49,399 bases of DNA from a virus. The stretch is from the IMG/VR virus record IMGVR_UViG_3300041402_000217, positions 1 to 49,399 of that record, one strand, 5' to 3'. Every line of letters begins with the position of its first letter. Position 1 is the stretch's first letter. The position numbers were made by a program, and so were the translations under genes. The notes under the pieces were generated by a model, which worked only from the letters and a program-made list of their open reading frames with translations, was not told where the DNA came from and did no database searches. Shown piece after piece: positions 42,011 to 49,399 of this stretch.

Positions 42011-42399
42011 GCTGGTCGTAAAGTACCGTACAGATACACTTCGCCTGTAACGCCATTACCGCCAGTTGTTACATCAAGCTCAATTACTGTACCCGCGGCA
42101 TATCTTATTAATGTCGCCGGGGTTGCTGATGGCACTGGCGCCATTAAGATACATTCTTCCGCGGCGTCGAGGTTATCCCCGTTAGTTGTACCGACAAAAT
42201 CATCAGCCGCACCGTTCTGGCCGATAGTTGCCACCAGTGCCGCTCCTACATCGCCCTCGTCGGCTACAAGAATCGCTTTCGTCAAGATAAGCGTCTTGCC
42301 GACAGGAACGGTGTAAAGCGTTGTCTGGGCGACCGAACTCAGGTCGGCTATGGCCGTTACACTCAGCAAACCATCTGTGTTTTCAAGTAAATCTGCCAC
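42007..42399 (-). CDS. Small beta-rich virion protein (possible distal fibre / receptor-binding partner)
   Basis: 130 aa. GTG start with AGGAGA 6 nt upstream. Follows the fibre-anchor gene. Confidence 0.45.
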   Translation of the reverse strand: MADLLENTDGLLSVTAIADLSSVAQTTLYTVPVGKTLILTKAILVADEGDVGAALVATIGQNGAADDFVGTTNGDNLDAAEECILMAPVPSATPATLIRYAAGTVIELDVTTGGNGVTGEVYLYGTLRPA

Positions 42400-42409
42400 T
42401 GTAAATCTC

Positions 42410-42940
42410 CTAAACTGTTACTATTTCATTATTTACACACACCACTGCATCGCCTGCGCACACAATGGTTTCCGCTATTCGCAGAGAATCAAACGCCGCC
42501 TTTGCGGTTGGTTTGGTTAATTGTGTTTTGTAAAACTCCGTTATTGCAGTCTGTTCGATAGTACCCTGCAATTCGGCTTCTTGGATTAGGCGGACCAATC
42601 TGTCCTCGGCGTCCTCCAGGTTGTCTACATTCAGCTTGTCATTGGTCGTAAAACGAAACTCCTGGCTACGGGTAAGGTTCGACTTGATGGTTATCGTCTG
42701 GCTTGAAGTATAAGTTGCTATGGTTGTTACCGTCCCGCCAGATGAATAATCGTTGTTAGGCGCGCTGAGAGTGTAGTCCGTGCTGTAGGCGAGCGTTTCT
42801 TCTGTGCTCTCGCCTTCGTCAATTACGACAGCTATCTCATCGGATACCGTGTCAGTCCACATCTTGAAAGCAAAGTCAAAATCGACCGTACCTCCGTCCC
42901 CGGCGTAAGTTACTTGTGGCGTTGTACTTGCTAATGTCAT
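42410..42940 (-). CDS. Tail-fibre N-terminal anchor / adaptor protein (T7 gp17 N-domain-like)
   Basis: 176 aa. YAGDGGTVDFDFAF...STDYTL...GGTVT...LTRSQEF...DRLVRLIQEAE. Paralogous to the N-terminus of 5333-7573. At the gp17 position after the gp16-like gene. Confidence 0.55.
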   Translation of the reverse strand: MTLASTTPQVTYAGDGGTVDFDFAFKMWTDTVSDEIAVVIDEGESTEETLAYSTDYTLSAPNNDYSSGGTVTTIATYTSSQTITIKSNLTRSQEFRFTTNDKLNVDNLEDAEDRLVRLIQEAELQGTIEQTAITEFYKTQLTKPTAKAAFDSLRIAETIVCAGDAVVCVNNEIVTV

Positions 42941-45900
42941 TCCGTGCTCCTTTCTATTAAGGATTTTATTCTGTCATACATTCTTTTGCGGTCTGATGTT
43001 TTGTCGGTTTTATGTAACCGTGTTGCGATAGTGGATATGCCGCCAGCTATCTTATCGAACCGCCTGGACAACCGTTTCTCTTTATCATCTGCGGTATTGC
43101 CTTTAACCTTACGGTTCAATATCCCCTTGTCGGCGTAGAACCTCGCTATCTCGGTCTTGAGCATATCATCTGCATCGCCCGCTTTCATCTCCAGTATTAT
43201 CTTGCGGTGTTTCATTTCATATACAGCAAGCTGGTGACGGAACTGGTTGTCAGGAACGTCGAAGTTTTTGAGCCATTTTTTATCTCTTGTGATTTTGTCG
43301 GCTTCGGGCTTGTCTGTTACTTTCTCCAGTTCCAGGGTATGCACTTTGTTGGATATAAGCCTTTCGGTATCAATAATGAGATTCTTGCCCCACTTCTGTT
43401 TCATATCCTGTGTGGTAATCGGGTTGTCCAGTACGCTCTGGGCTATCTTGTTGTACTCGTTGATATGCTTGCGGGGGTTCTTAATAGAGCCGAGGAAGTG
43501 ATATAACCTTTCCTGTCTGTCCCTGAGAGAAAATATCCTACTGATTATCTGCGATTCACGCCGGTCTTTTTCGCTTGTCGTCGGCCTTGCCCCTGCCAGC
43601 GTAGTAATAGCAGCGGCCATCCGGGTCAAGCCCCTGTCTCTTGATTGTCTGTAAATATTGGTCGAGATTGGCTCTACCTTTTGCATTTCAAAAGCTACGA
43701 GGCCGGCGGCACGTTTCAGGAATGGGTCTGTTACCTCAACAACCCTATCGCCCTTCCAGTCATATATCGCTTTGCCCATAGACATATCGTTCAGGTCAGA
43801 TATAACCTCAAATGTCGTTGCAGTCATACCGCCGAGCCGGCGGATTACTTCAGCCGGGACTTCCCCGCCCTGGCCGACAAGGGGCTTGCCAAACACCGCC
43901 CAGTAATCCTTGTCGTAGGTCATCATATCAATCATTATCCTGCGACCCTTGGCGTCAACCTTGCCAGTATCTATCTTGAATAAATCCCTGTAATCCTTTG
44001 AGGTTTCCGGTTTCTTCGGTGGCTTGCCAGTAAATGCCAATGTTCCTACCGTGGCCGCTATACCTGTAAGAATTAGTGAATTGACAATATTAGCTCTCGA
44101 CCTGCCAGCATTCCATGTGCCCTCCTGTCCCCATTGAGAGATAGCCTTGAGCATTGTTCGATAGTTGCCCTCAGCAAAGCCCGGCGCCATGAATTTCAAC
44201 CTGAGTACCGTTGTTACCGTTCCTGACCGCCCAAACAACCTTTCATTCATCATGCCGTAGAAGTTCTGGCCCTCTTTGATAACCTCAACATGCTCTGCCG
44301 GGCCCAATTCTCGTTTAAGTCTCTTTTGTTTTTCATTGACGGTATCAAGGTATTTCGTGTATTTTACTTCGGGGATATAGTTCTCAAATAACCACTTGAC
44401 GTAACCTTTCGGTATTGTAACCGGAGCGATAGCGACTTGTGCTGCCGCCTTTATTCCTGGCCCTGCCTTGCCAGCCACCTCTATCAACGGCTTTGTGAGT
44501 TTGTCCATCGCTCTGACAAAAGCCCGCTCTGCCTCTGAATCAATGCTAAACCTATGGCCTCCGCCGTGTTCGATATACTTCTTGTATTCCTCAGTTTTGA
44601 ACCTTGGGTCGCTTTTCCTGAATCCCAAGGTAAGCCCCCTGAGTGCCGTTGGTTTGTATATCCAGCCCAAATAACCGCTATCTGCTACAGCTTGCTTGGC
44701 AATTACAAGATGGTGGAATCCACTGAATATAAACTTAATCGACCGCAGGAAGTTATTTGTTTTCCGCAAAGCATTAAGAACAGGGATTTTGGCAATCTTA
44801 TTGGCTGATATGAGTTTCTTAATCTCCTGCGCAAGTACCGGGTCAAACCATAAACCCTTGAAAACCGGCTCTGGTATTTTCTCTGCGTCTTTTATATCGC
44901 CAGGGTCTTTACTGATAAACTTGCCCTCTCCGGTTCTCAGCAGTTCGTCCCTCATCCATATCATGCCGTCCAGCCTTGATATAGCCATAAACTCAGAACG
45001 CAGGTTATTGACCGGATTCGGATCGCGCAACTCTAAGCCGTATGCCTTTGCGTCGGCTACGGTTGGAAGCTTCTTTTCTTTGGTGAATTTCTTAGTCGTC
45101 CGCCAGAAGTCGATGAACCTTTCGACCTTTTTCGGGTCTTTGTAGATACCGAAGAAGTAGTCCTCTACATAACCCACCTTATCGCCTACCACGTCTGTCA
45201 GGAATTTATAATTGAAATCGGCTATCCGGTTTATCATCTTGCGCACACCTACTAATTCAGGCGCTTCTTTCGCCAGTTTCGCAAGGGCCTCGTCCCTTAT
45301 GGCAATAGCTTCCTTGGTAGCAGGCTTGCCTCTCGATAACATCAGGGTTTCAAGTATGTCGTTTGAATACTTACCTAACTTCTGGCCGAACTCCTGCAAA
45401 GTACTGTCAAGGCTCTCAATCTCTTTTTCGTTAAACTCTATCCTTGCCACGTCTGGTTTGTGAATACCCCTGATAACCGTGGCCGAAACGTCTTTACCGA
45501 GTTTTATGTCCGTCCGCTTGGCTGGTTCGAGTATATCGAGTACTGCATCGAATGACTTTTGCAGGGGTTCTACGTTTAGTTTTCCCGGCTTGCCTTTGGG
45601 AGCTACTCTCTCAGGGACGGTTTTTACTGCCTCTGCCTTAGGAGTGGGGGCTAATAAAGGATGTTTTTCCGCGAACTCTTTGGTCTCTTTCTGAATCCGT
45701 TTTTCCTCAGAAATTGCTCGTTTGGCAATTTCTGTTTCAGCCATAGCCTCAAAGTCTGGGCCTTCGTGGTCTTTCCTCCATTGCTTGTATGAGGGTTCGC
45801 CCTTACGTGGTTGATACGGCCTTGGGAAACCAAGCCCAATTTCTATGTCATCAAGGTCCTTATATTTATCTGCCAATTCCTTGCTGGCCTTATTGCTGTC

Positions 45901-47439
45901 ATCACGGCGGACATATTTACGTTCAAGCGTTTTCCTGGTGTCCTCAACACCCCGCTTGCCCTGTTTGACAGCAATCATAACTATATCCTTGAAAGGTACT
46001 CCAGGAAGTGCCTTTTCGGCTCTTTCGGCATCTTCGTATGACTGCTTAATGCTTCCCCAACGCGCTTTCGATGTTTCGATAATACCCTTAATCGCCTCAG
46101 GTGCTTTTGCGGGTGTAATTGCTGCCTTGGCGGGGGGTTTAGCCACTGGCGCGGCGGCAGGTGGCCCTGTGGGGGCTTCTGGCGGCTCAAACGCTTTCGC
46201 AAGCGCATCTTCGGTAGTCATAAGCTGGGCCGGGACTTTCGGGGCTTCAGGAGTAACGGGTTTGGCTTTGGCTAATACCACGTCAGGCTTTTTCAGCCAA
46301 TTCTTGTACGCCTTTTGCCACAATCTTTGACTCTCTCTGGCGACGTGTTGGGCTACAGCTTGCTCTTTCGGAGTCAATTCTATCCACGACTTGCCTGTTT
46401 TGTTTCCAACAAACTCCATTGTTTTATTCAGGAAATACTGGTCTGGGTTCGGGCGTATCATATCTGTTGTCTGGGGGAATTTCTTTGATACAGCGATAAC
46501 CGCTTTGTGTGCGCCCTCGGAAATTGCCTTGCCTGTATCGGTCTCGCCAGCCCACTTCGCTATCCTGCCACCCGCAGAGCCGGCAAGACTGAATCCAAAC
46601 CCAATGCCAAAATCGACTATAACGCCTTTTGCTCCGTCGTAATTGTAGTCCGCTTCAGGGTTTATCTTCTCTGCGCCGAACTTCGACAACTCTTTGCCTA
46701 TCCGCGCCAATGCCCATCTTTCGCCTGTCTCTAAAGCCTTGTCGAAAATAGACTTATACTTTGACGCCGCTTTCGGTATGAGTTTGCCTGCTGTTACGAT
46801 ACCGCCGACAAAATCGGTTATACCGCCTACCATAGCTGAAAACCCCGGTGGGTCGTAATCCAAGCCCTCTAATATGAACTGGTCAAGGGTTTGGTCCTTA
46901 AGCTCTTCCTGCATATCTTCAGGTAATGCCCGTTTCATCGCTGCCCATGCAATATCAGTTGAGCCTAAAGACAGCCCTTTCATAGCCTTGTAAGTAGCCC
47001 ACAACGGTAGAGAAAACACCCTGTCCAGTATATGACTGAACTTTTCCTGCCGGGTAGCGTTAGGGGGTAACGTGCTTCTCTGCTCGTCTGTGCCCGTGAA
47101 AAACTCCTTGATTTTCTGCCCTGTTGTCCTCTCAGCGGGCGTAGTAAACATCATAGATGAACGCGGTCTAACATCTATGTCAAATTCCTCTTTTTTGGCT
47201 TGCGGTGGTTCGGATGGGTCAAATAAACGCCCGCCCGCTTGCCAGTCCTGCACTTCGGGCCAAATAGATTCTATGTCCTCAATCGGAATACCCTGCTCGA
47301 CCGACATATCCTGTATCTTGACGCCATCGGCGTAGGCCTGGTCCGGGTCGATAGGGTCTTGTTCTGGACGTTCCTCTACCGCGACAGTATCGAATATGTC
47401 TTTTGGTTCTTCTGAGATTGTATCAAATATATCGCCCAT
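42937..47439 (-). CDS. Very large internal virion / DNA-ejection protein (T7 gp16 position)
   Basis: 1500 aa with an Ala/Pro/Lys-rich linker (KPVTPEAPKVPA...AAPVAKPPAKAAITPAKAPE). No catalytic motif recognised. The call rests on synteny only. Confidence 0.5.
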   Translation of the reverse strand: MGDIFDTISEEPKDIFDTVAVEERPEQDPIDPDQAYADGVKIQDMSVEQGIPIEDIESIWPEVQDWQAGGRLFDPSEPPQAKKEEFDIDVRPRSSMMFTTPAERTTGQKIKEFFTGTDEQRSTLPPNATRQEKFSHILDRVFSLPLWATYKAMKGLSLGSTDIAWAAMKRALPEDMQEELKDQTLDQFILEGLDYDPPGFSAMVGGITDFVGGIVTAGKLIPKAASKYKSIFDKALETGERWALARIGKELSKFGAEKINPEADYNYDGAKGVIVDFGIGFGFSLAGSAGGRIAKWAGETDTGKAISEGAHKAVIAVSKKFPQTTDMIRPNPDQYFLNKTMEFVGNKTGKSWIELTPKEQAVAQHVARESQRLWQKAYKNWLKKPDVVLAKAKPVTPEAPKVPAQLMTTEDALAKAFEPPEAPTGPPAAAPVAKPPAKAAITPAKAPEAIKGIIETSKARWGSIKQSYEDAERAEKALPGVPFKDIVMIAVKQGKRGVEDTRKTLERKYVRRDDSNKASKELADKYKDLDDIEIGLGFPRPYQPRKGEPSYKQWRKDHEGPDFEAMAETEIAKRAISEEKRIQKETKEFAEKHPLLAPTPKAEAVKTVPERVAPKGKPGKLNVEPLQKSFDAVLDILEPAKRTDIKLGKDVSATVIRGIHKPDVARIEFNEKEIESLDSTLQEFGQKLGKYSNDILETLMLSRGKPATKEAIAIRDEALAKLAKEAPELVGVRKMINRIADFNYKFLTDVVGDKVGYVEDYFFGIYKDPKKVERFIDFWRTTKKFTKEKKLPTVADAKAYGLELRDPNPVNNLRSEFMAISRLDGMIWMRDELLRTGEGKFISKDPGDIKDAEKIPEPVFKGLWFDPVLAQEIKKLISANKIAKIPVLNALRKTNNFLRSIKFIFSGFHHLVIAKQAVADSGYLGWIYKPTALRGLTLGFRKSDPRFKTEEYKKYIEHGGGHRFSIDSEAERAFVRAMDKLTKPLIEVAGKAGPGIKAAAQVAIAPVTIPKGYVKWLFENYIPEVKYTKYLDTVNEKQKRLKRELGPAEHVEVIKEGQNFYGMMNERLFGRSGTVTTVLRLKFMAPGFAEGNYRTMLKAISQWGQEGTWNAGRSRANIVNSLILTGIAATVGTLAFTGKPPKKPETSKDYRDLFKIDTGKVDAKGRRIMIDMMTYDKDYWAVFGKPLVGQGGEVPAEVIRRLGGMTATTFEVISDLNDMSMGKAIYDWKGDRVVEVTDPFLKRAAGLVAFEMQKVEPISTNIYRQSRDRGLTRMAAAITTLAGARPTTSEKDRRESQIISRIFSLRDRQERLYHFLGSIKNPRKHINEYNKIAQSVLDNPITTQDMKQKWGKNLIIDTERLISNKVHTLELEKVTDKPEADKITRDKKWLKNFDVPDNQFRHQLAVYEMKHRKIILEMKAGDADDMLKTEIARFYADKGILNRKVKGNTADDKEKRLSRRFDKIAGGISTIATRLHKTDKTSDRKRMYDRIKSLIERSTE

Positions 47440-48956
47440 CAGAATCTAAATCCTCGGTCCTTTGCTATTTTACGGGCTTTGTCTTTGTCTCCGCCCGCTT
47501 CTTCGAGGATTGACCGCGCTGTCGCTGCATCCAATTCGGGTTTTGATTCCTTTACCCTCAATCCCGTCTGTATCTCAGTTTCCTGCCGCTCCGCTTCCTC
47601 GTCGGAAATCTGGTAGGTTGCCGCCATTCTGCGGCCCTCTGGATAAATATCAGATAGTTTCAGTTTGTCGCCTTGTTCGGCTACCCACTCTAACCATGCC
47701 TCTTGAAAATCACCAAAGGTCCGGTGCCTTACCGGGGCGTTTTTGATAAACCCCAGCGAATCAGGATTAAGCAGTATCCCCTCTGCGTAATCCGTCACCT
47801 TTGACATTGCTTGCCCGAACCCCTGCTCGTATTGGGCCTCAATGCCGGATACCAGGCTATTGTAAGTGCCCTCGTCTATCGTTGGCTCTGTGGGGTTAGC
47901 GGGGTCGGCGAAATTACCAAACCTTGCTTCGTTGGCCTGCGCCATAACTTCCGACCTGGTTTTTGCTCCGGTAATAATACTCGTCGTATCCCTGAGAATC
48001 TGGGACCGGACCTGCGGGTCAGTTATAATCAATTCGCCTTCCGCCTGGCGTTTGGCCTCCCGCCGTGTCATTTCCCACATAGCAAATTGTTCTTTTTCGT
48101 CAAGGGAAGTGGCCTCAATCTCGGCCCTGGTTATCGCTCCTTGATGGATTTTGTCGTAAATCATTCCTCTGTCAATCTCTTGCTGCTCTTCAAGTCTTTC
48201 GTCGTCGCGACCATCTTGCAAAGCTTTCTGCGTCTTGGCATTTTCAAGCTGATTATCTACTACGTCAGCGGGGAGGCCCTTGACGTTCTCCGCCTGGGCA
48301 AACCATTCTACCGCTTGCGACCAGTCAACTTCGCCGTCCGGGCGTATAACGGCTGTAGCACGGTTCCAGACATCTGCTTCTATCCAGCCGTCCATAATCC
48401 TCTCGAAATCAGAATGCGCCTGGGCCGGCGTCCTCACCTTGTCGTCGATAGCCCCTTGTGTTAATAACCTGGCTTCCGCCTGGGCCGTAGCGAAATCCGG
48501 CTCGGTGGCTATGGCGGCGGTATTCTTGAAGTAAGCGATAGCATTATGTCGAGCTATCATGCGAATTTTCTTCTCCGCGGCGATATTGTCAAGGTTGGGG
48601 CTTACGAAATCGAACCAACGCTGATATTTGCGCGACCCGCTGTTATTGCTTTCAGGGAATGTTTTAATGTCGGCCTTTAGTCTCTCGTATGCCGTATCGT
48701 GACTGGCGGAATCCGGGAAATCCGTTAAATTGAAAGCGTTTATCTTTTCCCTCGCTAATCTGCGGGAAGTATCGAATTGGCTATTGCCCTCACGTTCATA
48801 CCACTTTGTCGCTATGTCAACCGTGGCCGCGCCTAAGCCCGCTATGGCCTGAGCCTCTATACCCTGCCCTACGTCGGCTAACTGCGCTGACGGAGCGCGG
48901 GGTAATTGAGTAACCCTCTGCGGTATTCTTGCATAATATTTCGGTATCTCAGCCAT
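47439..48956 (-). CDS. Internal virion protein (T7 gp15 position)
   Basis: 505 aa. One-base start/stop overlaps at both ends (TGATG at 47439, TAATG at 48956). The call rests on synteny only. Confidence 0.45.
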   Translation of the reverse strand: MAEIPKYYARIPQRVTQLPRAPSAQLADVGQGIEAQAIAGLGAATVDIATKWYEREGNSQFDTSRRLAREKINAFNLTDFPDSASHDTAYERLKADIKTFPESNNSGSRKYQRWFDFVSPNLDNIAAEKKIRMIARHNAIAYFKNTAAIATEPDFATAQAEARLLTQGAIDDKVRTPAQAHSDFERIMDGWIEADVWNRATAVIRPDGEVDWSQAVEWFAQAENVKGLPADVVDNQLENAKTQKALQDGRDDERLEEQQEIDRGMIYDKIHQGAITRAEIEATSLDEKEQFAMWEMTRREAKRQAEGELIITDPQVRSQILRDTTSIITGAKTRSEVMAQANEARFGNFADPANPTEPTIDEGTYNSLVSGIEAQYEQGFGQAMSKVTDYAEGILLNPDSLGFIKNAPVRHRTFGDFQEAWLEWVAEQGDKLKLSDIYPEGRRMAATYQISDEEAERQETEIQTGLRVKESKPELDAATARSILEEAGGDKDKARKIAKDRGFRF

Positions 48957-49399
48957 TATACAATCCTATGTTTTAGAGCTAATCGTTGGTCGTTTGTTAA
49001 ACTTCCCTGTCCTAACGACCCTGCACCCAATAAACCCAAACTCGCTGCCTGATAATATGACCCCCTGCGTGCCGCCCTGCCTCTTAATATAGCACTCTTG
49101 CCGGAAAACCGACTCAATACAGCGGCGGCTGTCAGTTGTTGAGCGCCTACCTGTCCACCTCGTCTAATCTCTAAGGCGTCTAATTCCAGTTCGGAGGCAG
49201 TTTCTTCTAAGACCGCTAAAGGTGAACCCTCAAAAGTCACTCCTGCCTGGGCAAACCCTACGCGCTGTTTGGCCTTTAATCTCGCTCCGCCTTTTCGGAA
49301 TCTACGTTCTTCTTTGGCGGCAGTCTCCTGTTCCTCTGTGGCTTGGCGTTCAGCGAGTTGAGCATTGTATTCGTCCCATGCGGCTTGACTTCTTCCCGC
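48956..49399 (-). CDS. C-terminal part of the junction-spanning small virion protein (same gene as 1-208)
   Basis: The reading frame is open from the stop at 48956 to the window end. The true ATG is at 208 after circularisation. Confidence 0.7.
   Translation of the reverse strand, partial: AGRSQAAWDEYNAQLAERQATEEQETAAKEERRFRKGGARLKAKQRVGFAQAGVTFEGSPLAVLEETASELELDALEIRRGGQVGAQQLTAAAVLSRFSGKSAILRGRAARRGSYYQAASLGLLGAGSLGQGSLTNDQRLALKHRIV
49273..49399. repeat. Terminal direct repeat copy 2, identical to 1-127
   Basis: Exact 127-nt match to the window start. Confidence 0.95.

Noticed and set aside
47811-48464. 217-aa plus-strand ORF, and others at 43207-46330
   Set aside because: They lie entirely antisense within the 505-aa and 1500-aa virion protein genes. 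No start context or recognisable motifs.
1-49399. CRISPR arrays, integrase or attachment sites, and transposases
   Set aside because: No regularly spaced repeats, tyrosine or serine recombinase motifs, or IS-like ORFs were seen on either strand.

Overview
The window is a complete, circularly closed dsDNA phage genome. Bases 1-127 are identical to 49273-49399 (assembly overlap), so the unit is about 49,272 bp, and one gene reads across the junction. About 80 tightly packed genes lie on the minus strand, many coupled by ATGA/TAATG overlaps. Only one plus-strand gene is convincing (28444-28632). All homology calls are motif recognition by eye; no searches were run.

There are two same-direction transcription blocks, each ending in a predicted intrinsic terminator.

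(1) Early/accessory block, 40964 down to 26596. It holds many small ORFs, three HNH endonucleases, two YopX proteins, an SSB-like protein with a ...DGIPF tail, and a NinB-like protein. It also holds a wHTH protein, a DPPY methyltransferase, a stand-alone receiver domain, a RyR-domain protein, tRNA-Glu and tRNA-Thr. I see no DNA/RNA polymerase, primase/helicase or integrase.

(2) Late block, 26462 down to 1, then 49272 down to 41169. Its order is T7-like: terS, terL, portal, scaffold, HK97-type capsid plus Bbp16-like cement protein. These are followed by tail tubular A, fibre, a 1477-aa nozzle-like protein, then gp13- to gp16-position internal proteins and a second fibre anchor.

The main finding is a set of about 12 carbohydrate genes interleaved with the head and tail genes (8141-22329). 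It contains four glycosyltransferase domains, four SAM-methyltransferase domains and a B12-binding radical SAM enzyme. It also has a UXS-type decarboxylase, a DegT aminotransferase, a cupin and two exported proteins. I read this as a candidate phage-encoded system for virion (or envelope) glycosylation with heavy glycan methylation.

Other notable points are a LamG domain nested inside another LamG in the nozzle protein, decayed duplications of gene 3' ends, and a terminator abutting terS.
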